A stretch of 64,000 nt of DNA from Calditrichaceae bacterium (GTDB taxonomy: Bacteria; Calditrichota; Calditrichia; Calditrichales; JBFXGD01), in NCBI GenBank assembly GCA_050173015.1, contig JBFXLE010000009.1, forward strand, positions 103,861-167,860, given 5' to 3'. Made by a program: the position numbers and the translations under genes. Positions within the stretch are counted from its first letter, which is position 1. Every line of letters starts with the position of its first letter. Below are positions 47,314 to 57,748 of the stretch, piece after piece. The notes under the pieces were generated by a model that was given only the letters and a program-made list of their open reading frames with translations, was not told the origin of the DNA and did no database searches.

Positions 47314-47855
47314 ATTACTGCAGTAATTGCGGAGAAAAAGTTGCTCTCATGATTCCGGCCGGAGACACCATTCCAAGATTTGTCTGTGAATCCTGCGGCG
47401 CCATCCATTACATTAATCCCAGGATGATTGTTGGGTGCATTCCTGTACTCAATGATCAAATTATGCTTTGCAGGAGATCCATTGAACCGTGCATGGGGTT
47501 GTGGACTATTCCAGCGGGATTTATGGAGAATGATGAAACCGTTGAGGAAGGGGCTGTCAGGGAGACCATTGAAGAAACAAATTCACTGATAGAAATTGAG
47601 CGATTACACACGGTTTACAGTATCCCTCAGATAAATCAGGTTTATTTATTGTTTTTGGCAAAAATAAATAATTTTATTGAAAAACCAGGGCATGAATGTT
47701 CCGAGGTAAAATTATTTCATATTACAGAAATCCCCTGGGATCATATTGCTTTTAGCGCGGTAAAATACGCGCTTAGAAAATATATCGAGGACAATGACTC
47801 AAATAGCAAATCCATGGGAAACCAAGCGGTTCATCTTGGTGTACATGAAGACTGA
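47310..47855 (+). CDS. Zinc-ribbon Nudix hydrolase
   Basis: CSNCG..CESCG, then GFMENDETVEEGAVRETIEE Nudix box. Confidence 0.9.
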   Translation: MNYCSNCGEKVALMIPAGDTIPRFVCESCGAIHYINPRMIVGCIPVLNDQIMLCRRSIEPCMGLWTIPAGFMENDETVEEGAVRETIEETNSLIEIERLHTVYSIPQINQVYLLFLAKINNFIEKPGHECSEVKLFHITEIPWDHIAFSAVKYALRKYIEDNDSNSKSMGNQAVHLGVHED

Positions 47856-47872
47856 ATGGAGATTATAACGGG

Positions 47873-48904
47873 ATGATGTCTGAAAAAAGTTTCGCCAGTG
47901 ATAATAATTCCGGTGTTCATAAAAACATCATGAACGCTATCTTAAAATGTAATTCCGGACATACGATTGGTTATGGGGAGGATCCATATACTGAATCAGC
48001 GATCAAAAAATTCAAGACTGTTTTTGGCGAAGACGCGGATATTTATTTCGTGTATGGAGGTACCGGCGCCAATGTGCTGGGTTTGACGGCGGCGACTCAA
48101 ACATATAATTCAATCATTTGCGCGGAAACCGCTCATATTAATGTTGATGAATGCGGGGCGCCGGAAAAATTCAGCGGATGTAAGCTGTTGTCTATTCCTA
48201 CCGAAGACGGGAAAATCCGGATCGGCCAGATAAAACCCCATATGCATGGATTCGGCTTTCCGCACCATTCGCAGCCCGGAGTGATCTCCATAACTCAGCC
48301 AACTGAAATGGGAACCCTGTATACCATCGATGAAATCAGAGAAATTGCGGAATTTGCGCACCACTATGGTCTTTTTCTTCATATGGACGGAGCCAGAATA
48401 TCAAATGCCGCTGCTGCGATGAACACCGGATTTAGAGAGATGACGCGGGATGCAGGTGTGGATTTACTGTCATTTGGCGGAACAAAAAATGGTCTCATGT
48501 TTGGTGAAGCAGTTATTTTTTTTCACAAAAACATGTCCGAAAATTTCAAATATATCAGAAAGCAGGGAATGCAGCTGCACTCAAAAATGAGGTATATAGC
48601 CGTTCAGTTTGAAGCATTTTTGTCGGAGGATCTCTGGCTAAAAAATGCCCGGCATGCTAACAGCATGGCCGCGTTGCTGGCCATGAAACTTAAGGGTTTT
48701 GATCAAATCATTTTGACCCAACCGGTTCAGACAAACGCCGTTTTTGCAGTAATCCCTAAAAATATTATAAAACCGTTGCAAAACGAGTATTTCTTTTATG
48801 TCTGGAATGAGAATACCAATGAAGTAAGATGGATGACTTCGTATGATACGGAAGAACAAGACGTGGACCGTTTTGTGATGTCCATAAAACACCATTTAAA
48901 ATAA
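47873..48904 (+). CDS. ltaE: Low-specificity L-threonine aldolase
   Basis: FASDN, GTGAN, HMDGARI, FGGTKNG. Confidence 0.9.
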   Translation: MMSEKSFASDNNSGVHKNIMNAILKCNSGHTIGYGEDPYTESAIKKFKTVFGEDADIYFVYGGTGANVLGLTAATQTYNSIICAETAHINVDECGAPEKFSGCKLLSIPTEDGKIRIGQIKPHMHGFGFPHHSQPGVISITQPTEMGTLYTIDEIREIAEFAHHYGLFLHMDGARISNAAAAMNTGFREMTRDAGVDLLSFGGTKNGLMFGEAVIFFHKNMSENFKYIRKQGMQLHSKMRYIAVQFEAFLSEDLWLKNARHANSMAALLAMKLKGFDQIILTQPVQTNAVFAVIPKNIIKPLQNEYFFYVWNENTNEVRWMTSYDTEEQDVDRFVMSIKHHLK

Positions 48905-48934
48905 AAAAAGCCGCTGAAACTATCAACGGCTTTG
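48904..48934. terminator. Probable bidirectional intrinsic terminator
   Basis: AAAAAAAGCCG..CGGCTTT between convergent ltaE and tRNA. Confidence 0.6.
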
Positions 48935-48937
48935 ATG

Positions 48938-49010
<73 letters not shown>

Positions 49011-49072
49011 AAAAGAGATGCCAAATATAAAGAAGGAATAAATTTGAGTCAAGAATATTTTTGTTGATTTTA

Positions 49073-49408
49073 CTATTTATAAATTTTGGTCTTTGCGCGC
49101 GCATTGTTGATGTAAATGATTTGATCCACACTCTCCCGAAGTCGCGCGAAAGATTTTTTGCTTGAAAAAACAATTTCTTCCCTGTATTTCATCCCGTGTC
49201 GCTGTACATCAGACGCGTCGGCATAAAACAAAATTTTAGCATGATAAATTTGCTCCCAATACGCGTCAGACAAAAAATATACTCCATTATCTTCAAAATA
49301 TATGTGAAGCAATTTTTTAGAACCGAGGTTCTCCTGAATAATTTTTAGTACTGATTTAACGCCGGAGTTGGTAGGTTGGGCATTTATAATAAATAAAATC
49401 TGTTTCAT
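49073..49408 (-). CDS. DsrE/TusD-fold-like small protein, no cysteine
   Basis: ILFII..P, IYFEDNGVY and ..QRHG pattern. Confidence 0.5.
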   Translation of the reverse strand: MKQILFIINAQPTNSGVKSVLKIIQENLGSKKLLHIYFEDNGVYFLSDAYWEQIYHAKILFYADASDVQRHGMKYREEIVFSSKKSFARLRESVDQIIYINNARAKTKIYK

Positions 49409-49636
49409 TGTCCTAATTTTCCAATTAATTGAAAGTGACAGAAAAATAATTTGACTGGTCAGTTTGTATATTTGTTTTACATATAAAATTTCTCAAACAA
49501 TTCAGTTCCATTTATACCTTGCTTCTGTTTTTTATTGAGTAGAAGTGGCAAGAAGTGTACCAAAAAAACAGGAAATAGATGATCGCTGATTAGAGTTTAA
49601 TGAACATCGAATTGTTAAAAATAACCTAAAAAAATC

Positions 49637-49665
49637 TTGACAGATTTAGTTAATCACTTTATATT
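49637..49665 (+). promoter_or_regulatory. Sigma70 promoter of the Rrf2-suf operon
   Basis: TTGACA-17 bp-TATATT. Confidence 0.7.
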
Positions 49666-49668
49666 TAG

Positions 49669-49740
49669 AAATGCGACAAAATTAGTCGGGTATCTGTCCC
49701 GATATTTTTTGGGAGCTAAATGCGACAAATTTGGTCGGAT
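49669..49740. promoter_or_regulatory. Two IscR/Rrf2-type operator palindromes
   Basis: CGACAAAATTAGTCG (49674-49688) and CGACAAATTTGGTCG (49723-49737), both preceded by AAATG. Confidence 0.7.
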
Positions 49741-49756
49741 ATGGAGTGATTAAAAA

Positions 49757-50221
49757 ATGTTGAAATTGAGCAAAAAAATTGAATATGCGTTAATTGCAAT
49801 GCTGGATCTGGCAAATCGTAATAAATACGACCTTGTGACCACAAAATTTCTGGCTAACAATTATCATATTCCTCAGGAAATTTTGGGAAAAGTATTGCAG
49901 TCATTGTCAAAAAAAGGACTGCTTGAATCAGTGCAGGGTGTTAAAGGCGGATATCTGCTATCCGGATCGATCGATGAAATTAATATTCGCGATGTCATCG
50001 AAGCCGTGGAAGGGCCGATTTCACTGATTTCGTGCAGTACGGGAAACATATGTGATTGTGAGCAAATAGCGAGGTGTAATATCAAAACACCCATGGAAAT
50101 AATTCAGTATGAACTGGCCGAATTTTTTGGGGAAATTTCTTTAAGGGATGTAAAAGATCGGTATAAAAATATATTTCCGGTTAAATATTACGGTGTTGAA
50201 GGATCAACAAGTACTAACTAG
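49757..50221 (+). CDS. Rrf2-family (IscR-like) Fe-S regulator
   Basis: YALIAM, SVQGVKGGY, EAVEGP, Cys cluster CSTGNICDCEQIARC. Confidence 0.9.
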   Translation: MLKLSKKIEYALIAMLDLANRNKYDLVTTKFLANNYHIPQEILGKVLQSLSKKGLLESVQGVKGGYLLSGSIDEINIRDVIEAVEGPISLISCSTGNICDCEQIARCNIKTPMEIIQYELAEFFGEISLRDVKDRYKNIFPVKYYGVEGSTSTN

Positions 50222-50249
50222 ACAGACTATATGCAGGAGATGATTTAGT

Positions 50250-50561
50250 ATGACTACTGAACAAGAAATATTAGAATCCATGATGGTTGTTTATGACCCT
50301 GAAATTCGTGTGAATATTGTGGATCTCGGGTTGATATACAGTGTTGATTTAGCAGAAAACGGCCATGTTAAAATACGAATGACGCTCACATCGCCGGGGT
50401 GTCCGGTAAGCGGGCAAATTGAACGGGATATAAAAAAAGTAGTCAAACAGCAGGATGGTGTGCAGGATGTTGAAATTGAATTTGTCTGGGATCCGCCATG
50501 GGGTCCGGCAATGATGAGTGATGAAGCCAAATTGATGCTCGGCTATGATGTTGATATGTAA
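50250..50561 (+). CDS. SufT/DUF59 Fe-S assembly protein
   Basis: DPEIRVNIVDLGLIY, TSPGCP, WDPPW. Confidence 0.9.
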   Translation: MTTEQEILESMMVVYDPEIRVNIVDLGLIYSVDLAENGHVKIRMTLTSPGCPVSGQIERDIKKVVKQQDGVQDVEIEFVWDPPWGPAMMSDEAKLMLGYDVDM

Positions 50562-50588
50562 TCATTTAAACAAAAAGGCCATCATTAT

Positions 50589-52034
50589 ATGAGTAGTGAA
50601 GTAGAAAAATTAGAATCCCTGGCTAACAGGGAGTATAAATACGGTTTTATAACCGATATTGAAACGGATTCCTTGCCACCCGGCTTAAACGAAGATGTAA
50701 TTCGGGCCATTTCCGCAAAGAAAAATGAGCCGGAATTTATGCTTGAATGGCGGTTAAAAGGCTATCGTAACTGGCTTAATATGAATGAACCCAATTGGGC
50801 GAAGGTGAAATATCCAAAAATTGATTATCAGGATATGGTTTATTATTCAGCGCCCAGGAAGAAACCGAAATATGAGAGCCTTGATGAGGTTGATCCTGAG
50901 TTGCTTAAAACCTATGAAAAACTCGGAATTCCCCTAAAAGAACAGGAAATGCTCGCCGGTGTTGCCGTGGACGCGGTTTTTGACAGTGTCTCTGTCGCGA
51001 CAACCTTTAAGGGGAAATTGTCCGAAATGGGCATCATCTTTTGCTCAATGAGCGATGCGATTCAGAATCACCCGGATTTGGTGAAGGAATATCTTGGTTC
51101 AGTGGTTCCCACGACAGATAATTTTTTTGCGGCCCTGAATTCAGCGGTTTTTAGCGACGGATCGTTTATATATATCCCGAAGGGCGTTCATTGTCCGATG
51201 GAGCTTTCAACTTATTTCAGAATAAACGCCGCGGATACGGGACAGTTTGAAAGAACGCTTATCATCGCGGATGAAGGAAGTTATGTAAGTTATCTCGAGG
51301 GATGTACCGCTCCCATGCGTGATGAGAATCAGCTTCATGCCGCGGTTGTTGAGCTTGTCGCCTTAAAGGACGCTAAAATTAAATATTCGACCGTACAAAA
51401 CTGGTATCCCGGTGATAAGGACGGGAAAGGCGGAATTTATAATTTTGTAACTAAGCGCGGTATCTGTAAAGGTGACAATTCAAAGATCTCCTGGACGCAG
51501 GTTGAAACCGGTTCGGCAATTACATGGAAATACCCGAGTGTCATTCTGAAGGGTAATAATTCGGTTGGAGAATTTTATTCCGTTGCTCTGACGAACAACT
51601 ATCAGCAGGCGGATACGGGTACAAAAATGATTCATTTAGGTAAAAATACAAAAAGCACGATTGTATCAAAGGGAATTTCCGCCGGGAAGAGCAATAATTC
51701 CTATCGCGGTTTGGTAAAAGTGACAAAAAACGCAACCAACGCGCGAAATTACTCACAGTGCGATTCACTTCTGATAGGTGACAAATGCGGGGCGCATACT
51801 TTCCCTTATATCGAAGTCAAAAATACGAGTTCACAGATTGAGCATGAAGCAACGACTTCAAAAATCAGCGAAGATCAGGTTTTCTACTGCAATCAGAGAG
51901 GAATATCCACTGAAGATGCCGTTTCAATGATTGTAAACGGTTATTGTAAAGAAGTATTTCGAGAATTACCAATGGAGTTTGCGGTCGAAGCTCAAAATCT
52001 GCTTAGCGTAAGCCTTGAGGGCAGTGTCGGTTAA
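50589..52034 (+). CDS. sufB: Fe-S assembly scaffold SufB
   Basis: [26 protein letters not shown]. Confidence 0.97.
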   Translation: MSSEVEKLESLANREYKYGFITDIETDSLPPGLNEDVIRAISAKKNEPEFMLEWRLKGYRNWLNMNEPNWAKVKYPKIDYQDMVYYSAPRKKPKYESLDEVDPELLKTYEKLGIPLKEQEMLAGVAVDAVFDSVSVATTFKGKLSEMGIIFCSMSDAIQNHPDLVKEYLGSVVPTTDNFFAALNSAVFSDGSFIYIPKGVHCPMELSTYFRINAADTGQFERTLIIADEGSYVSYLEGCTAPMRDENQLHAAVVELVALKDAKIKYSTVQNWYPGDKDGKGGIYNFVTKRGICKGDNSKISWTQVETGSAITWKYPSVILKGNNSVGEFYSVALTNNYQQADTGTKMIHLGKNTKSTIVSKGISAGKSNNSYRGLVKVTKNATNARNYSQCDSLLIGDKCGAHTFPYIEVKNTSSQIEHEATTSKISEDQVFYCNQRGISTEDAVSMIVNGYCKEVFRELPMEFAVEAQNLLSVSLEGSVG

Positions 52035-52068
52035 GTTGTTATGAAAATTTGAATTGGAGAAAAATCGA

Positions 52069-52806
52069 ATGTTAGAAATAAAGAATTTGCATGCTTCAGT
52101 AGAAGGCAATGAGATACTGAAAGGTATCGATCTGAAGGTAAACGCGGGCGAAATACATGCCATAATGGGGCCGAACGGATCCGGAAAAAGCACTTTGGCT
52201 AATGTGCTGGCCGGGAAGGAAGAGTATGAAGTAACAGCGGGAGAAGTGATCTATAATAACACGGACCTGCTGGATTTGGCGGCGGAAGACCGCGCAAAGA
52301 GTGGAATATTTCTCGCGTTCCAATATCCGGTCGAAATACCCGGAGTCAGTAATATCTATTTTTTGAAAACAGCGTTAAACGAGGTTAGAAAATTCAAAGG
52401 TATGGAAGAAATTGATGCCGCTGACTTTCTCGCGCTCGTCAAAGAAAAATCCGCTTTTGTGGAAATGGATCGCAGCCTGCTTAACCGATCAGTCAATGAG
52501 GGATTTTCAGGCGGCGAAAAGAAAAGAAATGAAATTTTTCAAATGGCTATACTTGAACCAAAACTGGCTATTCTTGACGAAACGGATTCGGGTCTGGATA
52601 TTGACGCGCTTAAAATTGTCGCAAACGGTGTAAATAAATTAAAAAGCAAGGAAAACGCGACGGTGGTCGTGACCCATTACCAGCGTTTGCTTGATTACAT
52701 CATTCCTGATTTTGTGCATGTTCTTTATAAAGGGCGCATCATTAAATCAGGCGGCAAAGAACTCGCGCTTGAACTGGAAGAAAAAGGATACGATTGGTTA
52801 AAATAA
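52069..52806 (+). CDS. sufC: Fe-S assembly ATPase SufC
   Basis: GPNGSGKST, FSGGEKKRNE, LDETDSGLD. Confidence 0.97.
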   Translation: MLEIKNLHASVEGNEILKGIDLKVNAGEIHAIMGPNGSGKSTLANVLAGKEEYEVTAGEVIYNNTDLLDLAAEDRAKSGIFLAFQYPVEIPGVSNIYFLKTALNEVRKFKGMEEIDAADFLALVKEKSAFVEMDRSLLNRSVNEGFSGGEKKRNEIFQMAILEPKLAILDETDSGLDIDALKIVANGVNKLKSKENATVVVTHYQRLLDYIIPDFVHVLYKGRIIKSGGKELALELEEKGYDWLK

Positions 52807-52834
52807 CTCAAATCCCTTGAATTGAGGATCTAAG

Positions 52835-54157
52835 ATGTCGAAAGAAATAAAAGAAACAGAAACATATATAAGAAATTTTGCAGAATTTGAGAAGGATCTG
52901 GACGAACAGGCGACCGGAGAAATTCACAATATGCGAAGAAATGCCATAAACCTGTTCAGTAAAGTCGGTTTTCCCGGTACGCGGGAAGAAGAATGGCGCT
53001 ACACCAATGTGGCTCCGATCGCCAAAACCGAATTTATGCTTTTTAATGATTATGACCGCCACGATCTTGATGTTGCCAGTATGGATAAGCTATATTTTAA
53101 GAACTGGCAGGGCTGGGTCCTGGTTTTTATAAACGGATTTTTCTCTGAAGAATTTTCAAAATTGGAAAACATTCCGGATGGAATTAAGATCCTGAACATG
53201 GCGGAAGCTCTTCGGTCGGATTCTGAGATCGTCAGGGAAAACCTGAACAAAAGCGCGGGATATGAAAATGATCCATTTTTTGCTCTCAATACGGCATTCA
53301 TGCGTGATGGGGCATTCATTACAGTCGCCGATAATACAGTTATTGAAAAAGACATACATTTGATGTTTGTCTCCACGGAATCGAAAACAAAAGCTCATAT
53401 GGCTTATCCAAGGAATCTTATCTCTGTGGGCCGGAACAGCCGTTTACAGGTGGTGGAAACGTACGTCGGAATTTCGGATAATATCTATTTTAATAATCAT
53501 GCCACTGAAATTTTTCTTGACGAGAACGCGCAATTAGAATATAACAGAATTCAAAACGAGAGCCGGAATGCGTTTCATATCGAAAATATCAACATTCATC
53601 AGAAACGTTCAAGCGTGTTCCATTCAAATTCAATCGATTTTGGCGGGGCGCTTGTAAGGAATAACATATATAACACGCTCGACGCTGAAGGGGCCGAGAC
53701 GACTTTGAACGGAATATATGTGGGAAGCGGTCAACAGCATATTGACAATCACACTTTTATTGATCATGCAAAACCCTATTGCAACAGTAAGGAATTATAT
53801 CGGGGTATTCTGGATGACAAATCCGGAGGCGTGTTCAGCGGAAAGATTATGGTGCGTCAGGACGCGCAAAAAACAGACGCGAATCAATCAAATAACTGCC
53901 TGCTGCTTTCTGAAGACGCCACGATAGATTCTAAACCACAGCTTGAGATTTATGCGGATGACGTGCGTTGTACGCACGGGGCAACGGTTGGGCAACTGGA
54001 CAAGGATGCCATATTCTATCTTAAATCGCGCGGCATTTCCGAGAAACAGGCGCACAGCATCCTGACTTATGCCTTTGTGAAGGAAGTAATCGACCATATA
54101 AAAATTGATTCTGTCAGAGAATCGATTGATGAGATTCTACGTGATCGGCTGGCGTAA
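52835..54157 (+). CDS. sufD: Fe-S assembly protein SufD
   Basis: EEWRYT, PQLEIYADDVRCTHGA. Confidence 0.95.
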   Translation: MSKEIKETETYIRNFAEFEKDLDEQATGEIHNMRRNAINLFSKVGFPGTREEEWRYTNVAPIAKTEFMLFNDYDRHDLDVASMDKLYFKNWQGWVLVFINGFFSEEFSKLENIPDGIKILNMAEALRSDSEIVRENLNKSAGYENDPFFALNTAFMRDGAFITVADNTVIEKDIHLMFVSTESKTKAHMAYPRNLISVGRNSRLQVVETYVGISDNIYFNNHATEIFLDENAQLEYNRIQNESRNAFHIENINIHQKRSSVFHSNSIDFGGALVRNNIYNTLDAEGAETTLNGIYVGSGQQHIDNHTFIDHAKPYCNSKELYRGILDDKSGGVFSGKIMVRQDAQKTDANQSNNCLLLSEDATIDSKPQLEIYADDVRCTHGATVGQLDKDAIFYLKSRGISEKQAHSILTYAFVKEVIDHIKIDSVRESIDEILRDRLA

Positions 54158-54276
54158 AAAGCTTTTTTGAGTGTGTTCAATAAATGTCATTGATAATTTC
54201 CATAATTGGAATTTATTATTTACATTTGTCGAATCATAAATTATGAAAAACTAAATATAGCAAAGGCATTTATCTG

Positions 54277-54729
54277 ATGGATGAGTTTCGGGAATTATAT
54301 CAGGAAATCATCATGGATCACAACCGGTCGCCAAAAAATTTTCGAAAAATCGAGAACGCGGGCCGGGTGATTGATGGTACCAATCCGCTTTGCGGAGATC
54401 ATTATACAATCTACCTTGTTTTGGAGAACGGTGTCATAAAGGATATTAGTTTTCAGGGCGCGGGGTGCGCTATATCCAAGGCGTCTGCATCGGTTATGAG
54501 CGAAACGCTAAAGGGCAAAACGGTCCGGGAAGCTGAACATTTGTTCGAACTGTTTCATGGTATTATAACCGGGGAAAAGGAAGCGGCGGAATTTGCAGAT
54601 GAACTCGGTAAATTAATCGCGTTCGCCGGGGTCGCTGAATTTCCGGTGCGTGTAAAATGCGCAACTCTTCCCTGGCATACAATGCATACCGCGCTTAATA
54701 GTGAGGCCGGTACAATATCAACGGAATAG
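54277..54729 (+). CDS. sufU: SufU (NifU-like) sulfur-transfer protein
   Basis: LYQEIIMDH, NPLCGD, GCAIS, RVKCATL. Confidence 0.93.
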   Translation: MDEFRELYQEIIMDHNRSPKNFRKIENAGRVIDGTNPLCGDHYTIYLVLENGVIKDISFQGAGCAISKASASVMSETLKGKTVREAEHLFELFHGIITGEKEAAEFADELGKLIAFAGVAEFPVRVKCATLPWHTMHTALNSEAGTISTE

Positions 54730-54740
54730 CAGTGAAGCGC

Positions 54741-55055
54741 ATGAGTGCAAAAACGATGATCAAGACAGATGATATCATTGGTGTTTTGAAAAGTATATTC
54801 GATCCGGAGATCCCTGTTAACATTTACGAACTCGGACTAATCTACGATATCAAAATTGAAGCATCTGATATCAAAATCCAGATGACATTAACTTCTCCGA
54901 ACTGTCCGGCAGCGCAGTCGTTGCCTGTTGAGGTTAAGAATAAAGTTGCTGAATTGTCCGGAGTAAGTGACGTAAAAGTTGATATTGTCTGGGAACCCGG
55001 ATGGGGGCCCGAAATGATGTCGGATGCCGCGAAACTGCAATTAGGATTTATGTAA
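54741..55055 (+). CDS. Second SufT/DUF59 protein
   Basis: DPEIPVNIYELGLIY, TSPNCP. Confidence 0.9.
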   Translation: MSAKTMIKTDDIIGVLKSIFDPEIPVNIYELGLIYDIKIEASDIKIQMTLTSPNCPAAQSLPVEVKNKVAELSGVSDVKVDIVWEPGWGPEMMSDAAKLQLGFM

Positions 55056-55102
55056 TTTATTTTGATACCATCAAGTTTATTCAATAATTAAAGGCGATTA
55101 TC

Positions 55103-56368
55103 ATGGAAGTTATGAGACGCATAGAGGATAAATCAAATATCAGTGAAAAATTTGAAACGAATCAAATAAGAGCGGATTTTCCCATTCTAAATGAGCTGAT
55201 TCACGGTAAGCCTCTGGTTTATTTTGATAACGCAGCGACAACTCATAAACCCAAAAGTGTGATTGACCGAATAGTTAATTACTATGAACATGAAAATGCC
55301 AATGTACATCGCGCTATTCATCAATTGGGCGAGCGCGCCACTTTGGGATATGAAAATGCAAGACAAATAGTCGCCCGCTTTATCGGGGCAAAGTCGGGAA
55401 AACAGATTGTCTTTACAAAGGGAACAACTGACGCCATTAATCTTGTCGCCACCGCGTGGGGGAGAAAATTTATCGGCCAGGGCGACGAAATCATACTCAG
55501 CGAAATGGAACATCACAGCAACCTGATACCCTGGCAGCTCCTGGCAAAAGATGTCGGAGCCACTCTCAGATTTATTCCCTTCAGGGAAGACGGTTCGCTT
55601 GAATTTCCTGTATTTGAACAGATATTATCAAATAAAACGAAGATCATCTCTATCACTCACATGTCCAATGTCTTTGGCACCATAAATCCCGTTAAAAAAA
55701 TCATCCGGATGGCTCATGACAGAGGTATCCCTGTGATGTTGGATGCGGCTCAAAGTGTGCCCCATTTACCCATCAATGTTGAACATCTGGATTGTGATTT
55801 TCTGGCGTTTTCCGGGCATAAGATGCTTGGTCCCACCGGAATCGGAGTGCTGTATGCAAAGGCCAGGATTTTAGAAAACATGAATCCCTACCAGGGTGGG
55901 GGAGAGATGATAAATTCCGTCTGGCTTGAAAATGCCACATGGAATGAAATTCCACATAAATTTGAAGCCGGAACACCCAATATCGCCGGCGCGATAGGCT
56001 TTTCGGCGGCGGTTGAATACCTCGAAAATATTGGCATGAACGCGATAACCATGTACGAACAGGATATCACTACCTATGCTCTTGATAAGATGAGAGAACT
56101 TGAGAACATCAAAATTTACGGATCTGCCCCGGAACGCGGCGGCGTGATCTCGTTTAATCTCGGAAACATTCATCCTCACGATCTTTCTCATTTTCTGGAC
56201 CAACAGGGAATTGCGGTCAGAGCCGGTCACCATTGCGCTCAGCCGATTATGCGCAAACTGGATATAGCCGCTACGACGAGAGCCAGTTTTTATTTTTATA
56301 ATACCTTTGAGGAAGTTGATTATTTTATCGATCAATTACAAAAGGCCCAGAAATTTTTCAAATTTTAA
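55103..56368 (+). CDS. sufS: Cysteine desulfurase SufS
   Basis: YFDNAAT, SGHKM, RAGHHCAQP. Confidence 0.96.
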   Translation: MEVMRRIEDKSNISEKFETNQIRADFPILNELIHGKPLVYFDNAATTHKPKSVIDRIVNYYEHENANVHRAIHQLGERATLGYENARQIVARFIGAKSGKQIVFTKGTTDAINLVATAWGRKFIGQGDEIILSEMEHHSNLIPWQLLAKDVGATLRFIPFREDGSLEFPVFEQILSNKTKIISITHMSNVFGTINPVKKIIRMAHDRGIPVMLDAAQSVPHLPINVEHLDCDFLAFSGHKMLGPTGIGVLYAKARILENMNPYQGGGEMINSVWLENATWNEIPHKFEAGTPNIAGAIGFSAAVEYLENIGMNAITMYEQDITTYALDKMRELENIKIYGSAPERGGVISFNLGNIHPHDLSHFLDQQGIAVRAGHHCAQPIMRKLDIAATTRASFYFYNTFEEVDYFIDQLQKAQKFFKF

Positions 56369-56567
56369 TGTTAAATTTTAACCATATTTATGAAATGCGC
56401 AGGTATTGCGCATTTCTTTTAAGTTTGTTGCTTCTCCGACCGAAAATTAGCTTTATGATACTATCCCCCGATTATATTTTAAATAAAGTGACTCCGGGAA
56501 CTTTAGTGTTGATTGAGTAATTCCACTTTACTATATTACATTGCTGAAATCTGGCTGGAGGTTTGGT

Positions 56568-57722
56568 TTGGATTCAAAGCGAAAACTGAGTCATAGTGAG
56601 CAGAAAAAGTATATCTCATTAAGAAGAGCATTTAACAAACCCGTCATTGGGATCACCGGTTATCTTGGAAAATCCACAACGCTGGAGATGCTGAGTACGA
56701 TACTGGAATCAAGGGGAAAAGTACTCAAAAACGCTCACGGATTCGGCAACTGGCAGAATAATATTGCCACTCTCGAAAAATTAAATTCCGAATATGATTA
56801 TGCCTTATTTGAGTTTGATTATCAACGCGGAAATCATTTTAGTGAGATTCTACGGCTGATCAAGCCTACAATTGGTATTGTCACAAACATCGGTGATGCG
56901 CATTTGAATTACCTCGGGAATATGATGGAAATAGCGCTTGAAAAATCCGCTGTGGTAAAATATCTCGCAAGGGACGGAGTTGCCATTCTTAATAAGGATG
57001 ATGAATTAAGCTCATCACTTGCAAATTATATTACAAAGGCAAAAGTTGTAAAATACGGACTTAGCCCAAACTCCGATTACTTTGCGACGGATATCAGACA
57101 AGTGGGGCCGGAAGGTATAAATTTCCGTCTGAACGGCCACTATGAAATAACTTTACCCTTGTTTAGCGTACCTGATGTTTATAATTTCCTCGGAGCGGCT
57201 GCATCCGCTGTAAATCTTGGCTTCTCATTGCAGGAAATCGTCAATATTTTTAAGTCCGGTTACCAGATGTCAAGAGGGCGCGGCCGACTGATAAAAATAA
57301 ACAATTTTTATGTCCTTGATGAAAGTTACGTCGGGACTCCCCGTTCCGTAAGCAAAGCGGCACGATCTTTGATAGCTTTTAAACCATATTCTAAAAAATT
57401 GATATATATTGTTGGCGACATGACGGAATCTGGGCCAAATATTGAGGAGCAGCATTTGAATATGGGTTATTTTTTATCCGCGCTGCCTATTGATTATCTG
57501 ATTACTGTAGGTGAGTATGCCGGGTACATCGCCAAAGGAGCATCTCTCATCATGACAAATCACAAAAAGATATTTTCATTAAATACAATTGATGAAATTT
57601 TATCGGTTCTTGATGATATCGTGGATGATAACGCGGCCATCTCCGTAAAAGGCATCGGATCGGTCGCCATGCACAGAATTGAAAAATATTTACAAACCCG
57701 TTTAGAAAGTGTTCATTTATAG
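56568..57722 (+). CDS. Divergent MurF-like Mur ligase lacking the N-terminal domain
   Basis: GITGYLGKSTT, TNIGDAH, GRG, GDMTESG; likely TTG start after GGAGG (ORF open from 56541). Confidence 0.7.
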   Translation: MDSKRKLSHSEQKKYISLRRAFNKPVIGITGYLGKSTTLEMLSTILESRGKVLKNAHGFGNWQNNIATLEKLNSEYDYALFEFDYQRGNHFSEILRLIKPTIGIVTNIGDAHLNYLGNMMEIALEKSAVVKYLARDGVAILNKDDELSSSLANYITKAKVVKYGLSPNSDYFATDIRQVGPEGINFRLNGHYEITLPLFSVPDVYNFLGAAASAVNLGFSLQEIVNIFKSGYQMSRGRGRLIKINNFYVLDESYVGTPRSVSKAARSLIAFKPYSKKLIYIVGDMTESGPNIEEQHLNMGYFLSALPIDYLITVGEYAGYIAKGASLIMTNHKKIFSLNTIDEILSVLDDIVDDNAAISVKGIGSVAMHRIEKYLQTRLESVHL

Positions 57723-57748
57723 ATCGGATACAAGTGAGAGAGGAATGT

